This document shows positions 41,860 to 54,503 of a stretch of DNA of 64,000 nt, in pieces. The translations under genes were made by a program, and so were the position numbers. The stretch is from an uncultured Methanosarcinaceae archaeon (lineage in GTDB: Archaea > Halobacteriota > Methanosarcinia > Methanosarcinales > Methanosarcinaceae): positions 32,001-96,000 of the forward strand of contig CAVRJG010000052.1 in assembly GCA_963721455.1 (NCBI GenBank), written 5' to 3'. The notes below the pieces were generated by a model that did no database searches, was not told the DNA's origin, and saw nothing but the letters and a program-made list of their open reading frames with translations. Positions within the stretch are counted from its first letter, which is position 1. Every line of letters begins with the position of its first letter.

Positions 41860-43104
41860 ATGATAAAAGCTCAATCATTAGACGGCTTATTCGAAAAATT
41901 ACTTGACGGAAAATCAATTTTCAAAAACAAAGAAGTTCTTCGACCTTCTTACACGCCTGACCTGTTGCTGCACAGGAATGAACAGATTAACAGCCTTGCA
42001 ACAATCCTGGTCTCCGCACTCAGGGGGGAAACTCCTTCCAATGTACTGATTTATGGGAAAACAGGAACCGGAAAGACTGCGGTGACCCGGTATGTGGGAA
42101 AAGAACTTGAGAGGGTAAGTGAAGACAAATCACTTTTTTGCTCGGTTGTCTATATCAATTGTGAAGTGATCGACACGCAGTATCGGCTCCTTGCAAACCT
42201 TGCCAGGCATTTCGAAGAAGATGTTCCTATGACCGGGTGGCCGACTGACCAGGTCTTCATGAAATTCAAGGAAGCAATTGATTCGAGAGAGCAGGTCGTT
42301 ATCATAATTCTGGATGAAATTGACAAGCTGATCAAAAAAGGCGATGATGTTCTCTATAATCTCTCCAGAATTAATACAGACCTCCGGCAAGCTAAAGTCA
42401 GCATGATCGGGGTTTCAAACGATTTAAAATTCACTGAGTTTCTGGACCCAAGGGTCAAAAGTTCCCTGGGTGAAGAAGAACTGATTTTTCCGCCTTATGA
42501 TGCTGAGCAGATCAGCGATATCCTGAAACAAAGGGCAAAAATGGCTTACAACGACGGAGTACTGGGTGAAATGGTAATTCCCCTATGCGCTGCTTTTGCA
42601 GCCCAGGAACACGGTGATGCCCGCCGCGCACTTGACCTCCTGAGGGTGTCAGGGGAAATTGCAGAAAGGGAAAACCAGCCCCAGGTCCTTGAAGAGCATG
42701 TAAGGCGTGCTCAGGAAAAGATCGAAATCGACCGCGTTGTCGAAGTAGTAAGGACCCTCCCTACCCAGTCCAAACTCGTACTCTATAGTATTATTCTTCT
42801 GCGGAACCGCGGCAGAGAAGGTAAGAATGTCACAACTGGCGAGATGTACAATGTCTACCGCCAGCTCTGCCATCACATTGATGTGGATATCCTTACCCAG
42901 CGCAGGGTCACTGACCTGATGTCCGAACTTGATATGCTGGGAATAGTCAACGCAGTGGTCGTAAGCAAAGGTCGTTACGGCCGGACAAAAGAAATTTCCC
43001 TGAGCGTTCCAGTAGAAAACACTCGCAAGGTACTTCTTGAGGATTACAGGCTCAAGCCCCTGGTGGATTTTAAGGCGTCAGTTTTCAACAAGATGTTTTC
43101 ATGA
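41860..43104 (+). CDS. cdc6: Orc1/Cdc6 replication initiator
   Basis: Walker A GKTGTGKT, Walker B LDEID, GDARRALDLL and a winged helix (GRYGRT). Likely start MIKAQS at 41860. Confidence 0.96.
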   Translation: MIKAQSLDGLFEKLLDGKSIFKNKEVLRPSYTPDLLLHRNEQINSLATILVSALRGETPSNVLIYGKTGTGKTAVTRYVGKELERVSEDKSLFCSVVYINCEVIDTQYRLLANLARHFEEDVPMTGWPTDQVFMKFKEAIDSREQVVIIILDEIDKLIKKGDDVLYNLSRINTDLRQAKVSMIGVSNDLKFTEFLDPRVKSSLGEEELIFPPYDAEQISDILKQRAKMAYNDGVLGEMVIPLCAAFAAQEHGDARRALDLLRVSGEIAERENQPQVLEEHVRRAQEKIEIDRVVEVVRTLPTQSKLVLYSIILLRNRGREGKNVTTGEMYNVYRQLCHHIDVDILTQRRVTDLMSELDMLGIVNAVVVSKGRYGRTKEISLSVPVENTRKVLLEDYRLKPLVDFKASVFNKMFS

Positions 43105-43642
43105 GGGTTGAGACCCTCCCATTCTACTATCTCTGGCTTTTCCTTGTCCTTTGCCCTTTTCTTGCCTTTCGTCTTTCCCTGTCTTTTGCCCTTTCCTTGT
43201 CTTTCGTCTTTCCCTGTCTTTTGCTCTTTCCTTGCTCTGATTTGCTATTTTTTTTCATTACTTCAGGTGCCAGTTTTCAGGAAATAATATATATGATCCT
43301 GTGGTTTGACTAGGATCATATCATATTCATAGGTTAACGTACAGGTTATATTATTCAAGTTATTATTCAAGTTATTATTCAAGCTATTATTTAAGTTACT
43401 ATTTAAGCTATTATTCAAGTTACTCTTAAGCTATTATTTAGCTACTATTCAAGTCTATTATTCAAGTCTATTATTCAAATTTCCACTCAGGTTTATGATT
43501 AACGTTTATTAAATCGAGCTTTTAATTTATATTACAATTGAAATCTAATGATTCAAATCTGTAATTCAAGTCTATTATTCAAGTTTAAAAATTCAAGTCT
43601 ATTATTCAAGTTTAAAAATTCAAGTTTAAAAGGTAATTTTTG

Positions 43643-44230
43643 ATGAAGATAATAGCATTCGTAGGCATGCCAGCATCTGGAAAATCAGAAGCTGCCAGAA
43701 TTGCCGCTGAAATGGGCATTCCCGTTATTAATATGGGTGATGTGATCCGGAGGGAAGTCTTGAGGCGTGGGCTTGAACCCAACGATTCCAATACCGGAAT
43801 GGTTGCAACAGACCTTCGCAAATGCGAGGGCATGGACGCAGTCTCCCGACGCTGTGTTTCTCAGATCAGGGAAACAGGCTCCGAACTTGTGGTTGTGGAC
43901 GGGGTACGTGGAATTGCCGAAGTTGAGTGCTTCAGGCGAGAATTCGGAGAAGGTTTTGTCCTGATTTCCATTTATGCTCCTATCGAAATCCGCTTTTCCA
44001 GAGTTCAGAAGCGAGGCAGAAGCGATGATATGAACAGTATAGAAGGGCTCCGCAACCGGGACGAGCGAGAACTTGGCTGGGGCATGGGGGAAGCTATAGA
44101 AGCATCCAATGTCGAAATTGAGAATAATTTCACTCTGGAAACTTTCAAAAAGGATGTCGTTGATGTTTTGAGCAATTACTCAGGAGAAAATCCGGCACAG
44201 CAGCTTTCAAAGACAGATCCGGAAAAATAA
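43643..44230 (+). CDS. UPF0200 P-loop kinase (archaeal dephospho-CoA-kinase-like)
   Basis: GMPASGKS, MGDVIR, DGVRG and RDERELGWG. Confidence 0.85.
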   Translation: MKIIAFVGMPASGKSEAARIAAEMGIPVINMGDVIRREVLRRGLEPNDSNTGMVATDLRKCEGMDAVSRRCVSQIRETGSELVVVDGVRGIAEVECFRREFGEGFVLISIYAPIEIRFSRVQKRGRSDDMNSIEGLRNRDERELGWGMGEAIEASNVEIENNFTLETFKKDVVDVLSNYSGENPAQQLSKTDPEK

Positions 44231-44295
44231 TTTTTCTGAGAAGAATTTTATTAAATGATTCCTGGAAGACCCTTTTAAATTACTGGAGTAAACTT

Positions 44296-44775
44296 ATGAT
44301 ACACGTTAAGGTTTCAGCAGCTGTATATCCCACGGAAAACCCGGAAAAAGTTACCAGAGCAGTTTCATCCCTTTTTACTGGCATAATAATCGAAAAGAAG
44401 GCTATTGAGGCCACTGAACCTGAGAAAGGAATTTCTCCCTCTTTTCTTATCACAGGGGAAGGAGGAATTGACCTTCTGCTAACCATGTATGGGCTGATTC
44501 GCAGAGAAGAAATTATAGATAGCATCCGCAACAAGGCATTCGGGAAAGGCTTATCCCGTGATAGGCTTTCAGTCCGCTTTTTGCTCAACAAACAGGCTGC
44601 TTTTGTCGGAATTCCCAGTATTCCTGCTCAAGAAGAACCTATCGGGTCCATTGAAGTCTTTATCAGGGCCGATTCTCAGGAAGAAATGGAAAGACTTTTT
44701 GAATGGCTTTTGCCCCTTACCGAAGAAGGGAAACCTGTTATTGAACTGGATATGGACTATGTGGAGAAGGGTTGA
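44296..44775 (+). CDS. UPF0201 (DUF54) putative RNA-binding protein
   Basis: VYPTENPEKV and LNKQAAFVG motifs. Usual partner of UPF0200. Confidence 0.85.
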   Translation: MIHVKVSAAVYPTENPEKVTRAVSSLFTGIIIEKKAIEATEPEKGISPSFLITGEGGIDLLLTMYGLIRREEIIDSIRNKAFGKGLSRDRLSVRFLLNKQAAFVGIPSIPAQEEPIGSIEVFIRADSQEEMERLFEWLLPLTEEGKPVIELDMDYVEKG

Positions 44776-45096
44776 AACGTTTTAAGGTTTTAATGCTCTG
44801 TAAGCCTTTAATACGCTTTTAATGCTTTGTAGATCTTTAATATGCCTTTAATGCTCTAAAAAACATTTAATTCCCTGTTGAAATCCATTGAAAGAGCGCG
44901 TTAAATTAATCCGAGTTCAGTTAACTTAATTCAGTCCATTTAGTTCAGTCCATTTAGTTCAGTTAACTTGGTTCAGTTAACTTGGTTCAGTTAATTGAGT
45001 TCAATTAACCGAATTCAGTTAAATAATTCAGTTAAATATATCTTAATTCGCACCCACAAATCTATATTAACAAATTAAAAGGAATGAACTTTCGTC

Positions 45097-45870
45097 ATGC
45101 AGTTGCACAGAATCAGTTATTCGTCGCGTGCAGTCGTTGAAGACCCTTTCAAATGGGCTTACACTCTCGAAGACCATGGGTATACCGGTTGGGAAATCGT
45201 ACAGGAAGGGTCCCAGTGCCTGAACAGCAAGAATATTCAGAATTTGAAAAATATCAATGAGACCACTGGCCTTGAGCTGACCCTGCATCTGCCTTTCTCG
45301 GATATGAATCTGGCAGGTCTGAACGACTCACTCAGGGCAGAAGTTCTCAGGCAGATGAAACACTACCTGACTCTGGCTTCTAACTATGTCAATCTGGCTG
45401 TAATACACCCTGGCTATCTTTCTCCTTATGGTGTGCAGGTCCCGCAACAAGCCTACTTTACTAACCTTGCCTCTCTCCGGGAAATCTGCGATTTTGCAGC
45501 GGATTTCGGAATTCTCGTTGCTGTTGAGAATATGCCCGACCTGCCGAAAATCTTCGGAAAATATCCTGACGAAATGATTGAGATGCTTGATTCCATTGGA
45601 AGTCATAATGTGGGCTTTACCTTCGATGTTGGGCACGCAAATACAGTTGGGCTTGTTGACGATTTCCTGGATTTCCTGACAGAAAGAATTTCCCATGTAC
45701 ATATTCACGATAACATGGGCAAAAAAGACGAACATCTCCCTCTGGGAAAAGGTACGATAGACTGGAAACAGGTTATGAAAAAGCTTTCGGACTATAAGGG
45801 AATTTTTGTCACCGAAATGAGCTCTGTCGAAGAGGGAATTGAAAGCCTTGAATTTTTAAGAAAGTTGTAA
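45097..45870 (+). CDS. Sugar-phosphate isomerase/AP endonuclease 2 family TIM-barrel protein
   Basis: HLPF, HPG, VENM, FDVGH and HIHDN...DEHLPLG. Confidence 0.85.
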   Translation: MQLHRISYSSRAVVEDPFKWAYTLEDHGYTGWEIVQEGSQCLNSKNIQNLKNINETTGLELTLHLPFSDMNLAGLNDSLRAEVLRQMKHYLTLASNYVNLAVIHPGYLSPYGVQVPQQAYFTNLASLREICDFAADFGILVAVENMPDLPKIFGKYPDEMIEMLDSIGSHNVGFTFDVGHANTVGLVDDFLDFLTERISHVHIHDNMGKKDEHLPLGKGTIDWKQVMKKLSDYKGIFVTEMSSVEEGIESLEFLRKL

Positions 45871-45917
45871 AAGAGAACTCTTCAATCTCTTCTTCAGTTA
45901 TTAGATATTTTTTATTT

Positions 45918-46445
45918 TCAGCCCTTCTCACGTTTTTCTCTCAGGTAATATACCCAGTCGCCATGCTCGATTTTTTCCGTTTCTGGCTTTTCATCATAAA
46001 CATAGATGAAGCCTCTAATCTTCCTTTCATCTATTTCAAGGTCCACATATTCCCTGTGGTATCCTCCGAAAAGTTCCATATAATCAATTGATTTCGCGAC
46101 TTCAAGCTGCTGTTTTCCCGAGAACCTGCGCACTTCAGCGACGACAGAAGAACCTTCCGAAGGGTAGATGCCAGGGTAGGGGCCCAGAGAATAAAGAGCA
46201 TATCCTCCTATTTTTGTTGTTCCCAGGAGCTCCGACCTGTTTTGCAGGTCAAAACGCCGGCTATTGTAGAGGCCGTCTCTGAGGCTACCATATAGTGCCA
46301 TAATAATCTCCTCACCTTCCGGCCTCTGGTAAGAGCGTTGCCAGCAGATATTTCTGTGGAAGACATTCCCATAAAGAGTCCCATCTTTCACTTTATAGTT
46401 TCTGTCTTCACACGTGCTTTTATTTTTCCCTGAATCGTTTTCCAT
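45918..46445 (-). CDS. Gamma-glutamylcyclotransferase (AIG2/YtfP-like) family protein
   Basis: LYGSLRDG.YN, LYSLGPYPG, ID.ME and HGDW. Confidence 0.8.
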   Translation of the reverse strand: MENDSGKNKSTCEDRNYKVKDGTLYGNVFHRNICWQRSYQRPEGEEIIMALYGSLRDGLYNSRRFDLQNRSELLGTTKIGGYALYSLGPYPGIYPSEGSSVVAEVRRFSGKQQLEVAKSIDYMELFGGYHREYVDLEIDERKIRGFIYVYDEKPETEKIEHGDWVYYLREKREKG

Positions 46446-46482
46446 ATGCTATTCTCTTAAAATAATTTGTTTTTAAAGAAAC

Positions 46483-47553
46483 TTACTTCGAAAAGCCATA
46501 AGCTGCAAAGCGCTGTGTCAGGTCAAGGTTTGCCAGCAGGAAGCGGTCCTCTTTGCTGTAAGCTACTTTTTTGTTACCCGAGAGTTCCAGCACGCAGGTA
46601 CTGCCAGGCTTTGCTTCTTTGACTTCCTGGCCGTCAACCAGAATCTTTTCTACACGCACAGGTTCGGACTGCAGGCCAACGAAGAGATGAAGTACACTTG
46701 AAGCTTCAATTTTCCGTGTGAATTTTGAGAGAGCACATTCCAGGGTGTAGTCAGTGCTTACGATTTCTTTATCGGAAATGATAAATCCCCTTTCTATGTC
46801 TTTGGCCTGCACATTTTTAAGGCGCATCCCAACTCTGGTGCCTGTAGGCGCACTCTCGATATCCACATCGTGGCTCTGAATGGAACGGATTTCAATGTCC
46901 CTGTCCAGAGGGAAAATTTTGGTCTTATCTTTATCTTTTGAGATTCCCTGTTTGACAACTCCAAGAACAACACAGCCTTTTCCAGTCACATTGAAGGCAT
47001 GGTCTATAAACACCCTTGCAGGCAATTTATTTAACTCAGCCTGTTCAGCTTCGATTTCTTCCGATATCTCATTAATTCTGGCTTTGAGATCTTCAACACC
47101 TTCAAAGGGGATTTTTGCACTTTTGTTGGTATTCAGGGAAATGCATTCCCAGTCCTGGAGAGAAGTGCCTGCAGTCATTAGTTTTATTTTATTTTTCAGC
47201 TCATCGATTGCATGCATGTGAGTGCTGTCGGATTTTGTCAGGGCAATTATCCCGTGCTTAAAGCCAAGCAAGTCCAGGACAACAATGCATTCTCCGGTGT
47301 AAACACTTACAGGACTATCCCTGTCCAGGCCATCAGGAGGAATGCAGAGGATTGCCATCTCTGAAATATTAAGTGCCGTTACCAGGGGTTTTAAGGTCTT
47401 AGGATAGCCTTGAGGGTCCACAAAAACCATTTTCCGGCTTTCTTTATCGTTATTATACATGGTTATGTCGGAAGCTGTCCCTTTTTTCCCGAGGTTTGCG
47501 GCAAGGGATGTCCTTCCGCTTTTTTCCGTCCCGATAATTGCAAGGTTTGTCAT
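46483..47553 (-). CDS. SelB/EF-Tu-like translational GTPase (SelB-like, lacking the SECIS-binding domain)
   Basis: Degenerate G1 GTEKSGRTS, TKSD, and domain II IDHAFNVTGKGCVVLG...IRSIQ...GTRVG. Confidence 0.85.
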   Translation of the reverse strand: MTNLAIIGTEKSGRTSLAANLGKKGTASDITMYNNDKESRKMVFVDPQGYPKTLKPLVTALNISEMAILCIPPDGLDRDSPVSVYTGECIVVLDLLGFKHGIIALTKSDSTHMHAIDELKNKIKLMTAGTSLQDWECISLNTNKSAKIPFEGVEDLKARINEISEEIEAEQAELNKLPARVFIDHAFNVTGKGCVVLGVVKQGISKDKDKTKIFPLDRDIEIRSIQSHDVDIESAPTGTRVGMRLKNVQAKDIERGFIISDKEIVSTDYTLECALSKFTRKIEASSVLHLFVGLQSEPVRVEKILVDGQEVKEAKPGSTCVLELSGNKKVAYSKEDRFLLANLDLTQRFAAYGFSK

Positions 47554-47774
47554 GGTGGGTCCCTTCTAATTACTATATCTAAAGATTGTCTGAATCCGGA
47601 TCATTTTGAATAAAGCAAATTCAATTTTATAATGCTTTCTTGAATCACTGGAATCTCTGAAATTTCTGGAATCTGCAACTGGTATTAATTATACTGCAAT
47701 ATATTTCTTTTCGAAACGTTCTAAAAAGGGTTATTGAGGATTCAAATCTCGAAACCCATTCTCGAAGGAGATGA

Positions 47775-48947
47775 TTACCAGGGTTCACCCTGCCAGATTG
47801 CCTGAGTTTTATCGCTGGTGCTTTTGTTGAGCTTTCTTATAATTATCAGATACTCTTCTCCGATAGATTGAGGCTCTTCAAAAACTGCATCGATCCCAAG
47901 TCTTTTAAGATGATCTTCGAAATCTGCTGCAGTTTTTAAATCCCTCACCCGGATCCTTGCTTCTTCATAGAGCCTCTGGCCATTTTTTACACTTCTGATA
48001 GATTCCCTGAGAGGGTTCAGTATGCTTTCCCCTAGCTGCATGCAGCGTTTTTCTAATTCGGTTTCGTTCTCATTCCATTCAACTGTCTGGAAACCTTCTC
48101 TGACAATCCGGGAAAGCATATAGTCTCTGCCTGTCTCATTGTAGAACTTAAAGGCATGCCTGAGATCCGAACAATTACTCTGGGAAGAGGTATATTTTAA
48201 TGGGGAAAGAACCATTTCGGGGTCCTTTATTACGACACCTTCATGCTCTTTTTCTCCCAGTTCCCGGATGATTTTTCCGATCTCTTCAGGGGCTTTTTCA
48301 AGGGAAATTTCCTTGAAGAACCTTACATGGAAAAAACCATATTTTTCCAGAATTTCCTGCTTCCTGTTTATTGGAAGAGGCTTGCCGCTGTTTTTCTCCC
48401 GAATGTCGAAGATATAAAACTCTACCGACTTGATACCATAGATATCTTTTGAGACATAAGGATTGTCAGGGCCTATCATTTCTCCATAGAGTACGAGTTC
48501 CGGGAAATCGTCAAAAAATTTCAGGTTCAGTTTCTCTTTTGCCTTTTGAGTCGTATAAGGGCAAACATATCCGCTCCGGGTAATTGCAAGTATCTCCTCC
48601 TTTGCGATTGCTATGCGGACATTGTATCCGTTCATTTTCTCTTCCACAGCTATCTTTTCAAGACCGCTGAAGTGCTTTTTAATCGTAGGATCCAGCACCA
48701 TGGCTCTCCGGATCTTCGGAAAACCCATAATTATTTCGAAAGAACCGTCTTTCTCATAAAGCACTGTTCCCCTTTCGATATGGGAAATTTCCTTGTCGAA
48801 GCGGAGCAAATACTCATACTTTCCCCAGTTTCGGGCAAGATAATTCTTCTCAAAAAGGTGATGAACCCTCTCCTGATCAAACCCCAGGCTACTGGCAAGT
48901 CGAGCTACAAATTCAGGATCTATTTCCTCATTACCCTCTCTACTCAT
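47775..48947 (-). CDS. ATP-dependent RNA ligase, Pab1020/Rnl3 family
   Basis: GFPKIRR, EKMNGYN, TRSG..CP, GEM.G..NPY and EGVVIK. Confidence 0.92.
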   Translation of the reverse strand: MSREGNEEIDPEFVARLASSLGFDQERVHHLFEKNYLARNWGKYEYLLRFDKEISHIERGTVLYEKDGSFEIIMGFPKIRRAMVLDPTIKKHFSGLEKIAVEEKMNGYNVRIAIAKEEILAITRSGYVCPYTTQKAKEKLNLKFFDDFPELVLYGEMIGPDNPYVSKDIYGIKSVEFYIFDIREKNSGKPLPINRKQEILEKYGFFHVRFFKEISLEKAPEEIGKIIRELGEKEHEGVVIKDPEMVLSPLKYTSSQSNCSDLRHAFKFYNETGRDYMLSRIVREGFQTVEWNENETELEKRCMQLGESILNPLRESIRSVKNGQRLYEEARIRVRDLKTAADFEDHLKRLGIDAVFEEPQSIGEEYLIIIRKLNKSTSDKTQAIWQGEPW

Positions 48948-49123
48948 GTTTATTTATCTGTTTTCAGGCCTGAAATAAGTTATCATTCTCAGGGATATCT
49001 TCAGAATAGCCTGCTTTTCAGGTGACAGATTGAGAAATGAAGTAGTCCACTAAAAATCTTTATAAGTATTTGGTTTCTAATTTCTGCTGTATCTAAATTT
49101 CCAAAAAGATTGGAGACTTCAAA

Positions 49124-49915
49124 ATGGCAGATGAAATCGACTACAAGATAATTGGCGACGACATGCAGATCGTTGAAATTGAGCTTGATCCAGACGAGGC
49201 CGTTCAGGCAGAGGCTGGGGCTATGGCGTATATGGGTCCCGGAATTCAGATGCAGACTGGCATGGGTAATGAAGGTGGCGGATTCCTGGGAGGACTAAAA
49301 AAAGGACTTAAACGAGCCCTGACAGGAGAAAGCTTTTTCATTACAAGTTTTATTCACAAAGGTTCCGGAAAAGGGCATGTAGCTTTTGCAGCTCCGTACC
49401 CGGGCAAGATAATTCCCCTTGACCTTTCCAAGTTTGGAGGTAGTATCCTCTGCCAGAAGGATGCTTTTCTCTGTGCTGCCCGTGGAATAGAAATGGAAGT
49501 AGCTTTCACTCGCAAGCTCGGAGCAGGGCTTTTCGGTGGTGAAGGTTTCATTCTTCAGAGACTGCGGGGTAACGGCCTGGCCTTTGTCCATATCGGAGGC
49601 ACAGTGATTAAAAAAGATCTGGCTGCTGGCGAGACTTACCGTGTTGACACTGGTTGTGTGGCAGCTTTTACCGAAACCGTGAGTTACGACATAACCTGGT
49701 CAAAGGACTTTAAAAACGCCCTCTTCGGTGGTGAAGGAGTTGTCCTTGCAACCCTCACAGGTCCGGGCACTGTGTACCTACAGAGCCTGCCTTTCTCCCG
49801 CCTTGCCGACAGAATATTTGCAGCTTCTGCTTACCGCCATAACAAAGACGAACAGAACGGAATTGGAGGAAGTGGCGTCCTGGGGGGTCTGATTGGTGGA
49901 GATAAATCGTTCTAA
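49124..49915 (+). CDS. TIGR00266/AIM24 family protein
   Basis: AEAGAM, GESFF, FGGEGF, VDTG and GPG.V.LQS. Confidence 0.9.
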   Translation: MADEIDYKIIGDDMQIVEIELDPDEAVQAEAGAMAYMGPGIQMQTGMGNEGGGFLGGLKKGLKRALTGESFFITSFIHKGSGKGHVAFAAPYPGKIIPLDLSKFGGSILCQKDAFLCAARGIEMEVAFTRKLGAGLFGGEGFILQRLRGNGLAFVHIGGTVIKKDLAAGETYRVDTGCVAAFTETVSYDITWSKDFKNALFGGEGVVLATLTGPGTVYLQSLPFSRLADRIFAASAYRHNKDEQNGIGGSGVLGGLIGGDKSF

Positions 49916-50202
49916 AGCAAAAATCAACTCATAAAAGGCTAGCAATAATAGAAAAAGTAATATCGAAAACAGGAATTTCTCTAAAACAGGAATCTCTAAA
50001 ACAGGAATCTCTAAAACAGGAATCTCTAAAACAGGTAATACGGAAGCAGATAAAAAACTGAGAATTTGAATGTTTAAAAATCGGGAATTCAGGAAGTTCA
50101 AAAGGCCTGCCCCTGTCGGGACAGGTCCTCTTTTTAATCACTTATTTTTTAATTATTCTGATCAATTCAGGTTTTTCAGGCTCTTTTTCTTTATATTTGA
50201 GC

Positions 50203-51054
<852 letters not shown>

Positions 51055-51146
51055 CTATGTTCTTACTTCACATCCTTCTTTTATTTTCGGCTGTCTTTAC
51101 CTGTTGCTAATTTTTCTTTGCCGTATTTACCTCCATACTGCGTATT

Positions 51147-51992
51147 TCAGAGTATGGCTTTTATGATGTCGATCCTGCTTAGTATGCCCACTATATCTTC
51201 TCCATCGCTTACAGGAAGAGCAGTAACTTCTTCCTCAATCATTTTCTTTGCAGCTGCACTGACATTTTCATTTACGTCAATGGAAATTATCGGAGAAACC
51301 ATGATGTCTTCTGCGGTCAAAGGCACCTCTTTTACGTATCTGTAGATTTTCTGACCTGCAGGGGAAGATTTGCGCGCCATTTTAATATTTTTTGTGGAAA
51401 GTTTGCCTTCATTGTCAGTTAAGAGGTTTAAGGCAAGGCTTTTCCTGGAAATAATCCCTACAGATTTTCCGGCGTCATCTTTAACGACCACTCTTTCGAT
51501 CTCGTTTCTGTTCATTTCGTCAATTACATGGTTGATGGTATGGTGTCTGTGAACAGAAATGACATCCTCGGTCATTAATTTGGGAATTTTTGTTTTTATT
51601 TCCTCGGTGTTTTCCGCAACATAGCGCACGAGATCTGTCCTGGTCACAATACCTACGATATCATTCTTTACCACCGGAATGTTGTGCACCCTATTCTCAA
51701 GCATTAAGGCGGCTGCCTGGGAAATGGAAGCTTCGGGATAGATGGTAATAACCGATTCAGTCATCAATAGCTTGATAGGGATCTGATCTATCGGCCTCCT
51801 CCTCCAGAGGGGTTCGGCTTGAGCCAGACGGTTGCTGAGGTCTGATTTTGTGACGATTCCCACCATCTTGCCCTCGTTGAGGACAAGCAACGTACTGATT
51901 TTATATTTTAACATCAGTTTTCTTGCATATGACACGGGCTCATCTGCGTTTAGGACATACACAGGTGAACTCATGATGTCCGCCACATTCAT
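51147..51992 (-). CDS. CBS-domain protein (4 CBS)
   Basis: V.DIM and GIVTKSD-type CBS repeats, with GGAGG RBS. Confidence 0.9.
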   Translation of the reverse strand: MNVADIMSSPVYVLNADEPVSYARKLMLKYKISTLLVLNEGKMVGIVTKSDLSNRLAQAEPLWRRRPIDQIPIKLLMTESVITIYPEASISQAAALMLENRVHNIPVVKNDIVGIVTRTDLVRYVAENTEEIKTKIPKLMTEDVISVHRHHTINHVIDEMNRNEIERVVVKDDAGKSVGIISRKSLALNLLTDNEGKLSTKNIKMARKSSPAGQKIYRYVKEVPLTAEDIMVSPIISIDVNENVSAAAKKMIEEEVTALPVSDGEDIVGILSRIDIIKAIL

Positions 51993-52324
51993 GGAATACC
52001 TCCTTCACTTTTACAATATATAAGTATCAATTATTATAGTTTTTGAATCGGATGTAAACTTCACAATTTTAGCTGTAAATGTCGAAGTTTTAGAGAAGTA
52101 ATACCTGTCTTTTGCTGAAATGAAGACTAATTTGAAAAGACCCTTATTTTAGATCATCTACAACATAGAATCTCCAGATCTCAGAGTTGCCTTTCGGTCT
52201 ATCCGGCCAGAGAATTATTTTTCTTTCTAAAATTCCTGAAAAATTGAACCCGGAGGTTTTTCGGGCTCGGTTTAGCTCCAAACAAATTTCACTTTTGGAC
52301 CAGTTTGATTAGCCATCCTGGAAT

Positions 52325-53323
52325 TCATTCAAAAGATCTCAGGAAATCGCTTTCTGTAATTATGCCACGCAGCAATCCTTCTTCCAGGATTGGGAGCGAA
52401 CCGATTTTTTTATCGAGCATGATTTTCATCGCTTTTCCCATGTCTGTGTCCGGGCTGGTCCATATCAGTTCTTTGGAGATAATAGAACCTACAGGCTGGT
52501 CAAGAGCTTCATGAATATTTCCTGTTGTCAGCTTTCTGAAAGCGTCTCCTCTTCCAAGGAAGTGGACGATGTCAGAGGCGGTAACTATTCCGGCAAAAAT
52601 ACCATCCTTAACTACAGGAAGCCTTCTGAGCCTATTCTCTACCATTACTTTTGCTGCGTGTCCAATGGGCGTATCTGTTGAAACCATCTTGACATTCCTG
52701 GTCATGTATTCATCAACAGTTTTGTTTGTCACGATTCCGCCCATCAGTTCTACTGCGTTTCTTTCGGTAAAAATTCCAACTACCTGCATGCCATCGTTCA
52801 CGATTGGCAGACCCCCTGTCCTTCTCTCAAGCATCGTCGAAATGGCATCTTTAAAGTCTGCGTGCTCATGAAGATAAGCAGCATCAATTTCCATTATCTG
52901 CCTCACTTCCTCATTTATTGCAGCAAGAAGGTTACCTTTGAAGCGGTTTTCAACAAGCAGGTTCTTTTTCCCACCTCCCAGGAAATCGATAATATCCACG
53001 GAAGTGACGACTCCTTCCAGCCTCCGCGTTCCGGCGTCTGTAATAGGAATACGCCTGAACCTCCTTTCAGTCATGATCTTAATTGCTTCCATAATTGTTG
53101 CAGTGGGAGGAAGGGTTATTACGTCCCTTGTTGCAAGGGAGAGGATCCGTCCCGGGTGTTCCGAAATGCGGGACTTGAAATCAGGGCCTATCCGCATCGT
53201 ACCCATGCTGCTTATCATGTGAGGGTCTTTCTGTTGCGCGTTCTTTCCCGGTTTGTTCAGATTTGGCTGAACTTTCGTTTTGTCGGCTGATACAAATGTC
53301 TTATTTTTGTTCAATAGGATCAC
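52325..53323 (-). CDS. CBS-domain protein (4 CBS)
   Basis: FRRIPI, GGLPIV, RRLPVV and GSLPIL. Start uncertain. Confidence 0.9.
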   Translation of the reverse strand: MILLNKNKTFVSADKTKVQPNLNKPGKNAQQKDPHMISSMGTMRIGPDFKSRISEHPGRILSLATRDVITLPPTATIMEAIKIMTERRFRRIPITDAGTRRLEGVVTSVDIIDFLGGGKKNLLVENRFKGNLLAAINEEVRQIMEIDAAYLHEHADFKDAISTMLERRTGGLPIVNDGMQVVGIFTERNAVELMGGIVTNKTVDEYMTRNVKMVSTDTPIGHAAKVMVENRLRRLPVVKDGIFAGIVTASDIVHFLGRGDAFRKLTTGNIHEALDQPVGSIISKELIWTSPDTDMGKAMKIMLDKKIGSLPILEEGLLRGIITESDFLRSFE

Positions 53324-53624
53324 CGAATTCGAGTTGCAATTAATTGCTTTTTTTCATATTCCGTTTTTCTCTTCCTGCCAAGTTGCAAGAATTTTCCCGG
53401 AGTCTGCCGTTTATTTCTCAGCAAACCCGGGTTTGCCCCTGGAAAAAACAAAACCTGAAAGCAATTTCTCCCGAATCTTTCCGAGCGCTTTCTTTACTTG
53501 CCAATCTATAATCATTATTAATGATAATCTTTAATGTTATAATCTTTTTGCGTGAGAGTTTGCTCTTTACTTTTTCACATTAATTCTTTGGCCGGTTTTC
53601 ACCATTTCACTGGAAGTTTTCCTT

Positions 53625-54440
53625 TCAAAAACGGTTTTCAGAGGTTTGTTCAGGCCATCCACTGACAATGGATCTCAGAAGGTCCTGTCTGTCAGCGATT
53701 CCGGATACTTTTCCATGTTCATCTACTACGGTGACTCTTCCGATATCATGGTGAATAATCATCTCAATTGCACGCCGGACGGAATCGCTTTCTGAAAGAG
53801 TATATGTGGGAGTTGACATTACCGTTTCAACCTTCGGACTGTCATTGGGCCTTGTTGCTCTTTCATCTTCCACAGATATCCGCACAACGCCCGATTTGAG
53901 TATATCCCTTCGGGTTATCATTCCAATGGGTTCACCCTTCTTTGAAACTACAGGAATTCCCGTGTAATCTGTCTCAAGCATACGCCCCCAAATCTTGGCC
54001 ACTCTTTCCTCTTGAGAGCAGGTTTCGACTTTTTTTGTCATAATTTCTTGTATGGTTTTGGGAAGATTTCTTGGAAGCTCCACGTTTCTAAGAATATCCA
54101 CATTACTCAGGACACCGACAACCGTATGGTCAACAGTTGATACGACAACCGGAACCCTGTTTTGTTTCGACTGCACCATCAGTTTTGCAGCTCTCATCAC
54201 ATCCATATCCGGAGTGACTGTCGGGGACTGCCCTGCATATCCACTCACCGTGACATTCGACTTGGTAGACGTAACCCTCAGGATGTCCTGGTCACTCAGC
54301 ATTCCCACAAGCCTGTTCTCTTCGTCAACAACAACAAGACTTCGAAGAAGGTGATCACGCATCAGCTGACGGGCGTGAGTTACGAAGTCTTCTGCTTTGA
54401 CACTTATAGGCCCTTCTGACATAATCTCGCTGACATTCAT
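53625..54440 (-). CDS. CBS-domain protein (4 CBS)
   Basis: CBS repeats (MNVSEIM, TGIPVV, GRVTVV). Confidence 0.9.
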   Translation of the reverse strand: MNVSEIMSEGPISVKAEDFVTHARQLMRDHLLRSLVVVDEENRLVGMLSDQDILRVTSTKSNVTVSGYAGQSPTVTPDMDVMRAAKLMVQSKQNRVPVVVSTVDHTVVGVLSNVDILRNVELPRNLPKTIQEIMTKKVETCSQEERVAKIWGRMLETDYTGIPVVSKKGEPIGMITRRDILKSGVVRISVEDERATRPNDSPKVETVMSTPTYTLSESDSVRRAIEMIIHHDIGRVTVVDEHGKVSGIADRQDLLRSIVSGWPEQTSENRF

Positions 54441-54503
54441 TGTTTACCTTCCTATGGTTTCTTTAAGACAGAAGATTTGAAACTCGAGATTTCAAGGTTG
54501 TAT

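Noticed and set aside
50101-50135. Hairpins at ~50103-50132 and ~52247-52269 as ncRNAs
   Set aside because: They lie just 3' of genes next to T-runs, which is consistent with ordinary terminators.
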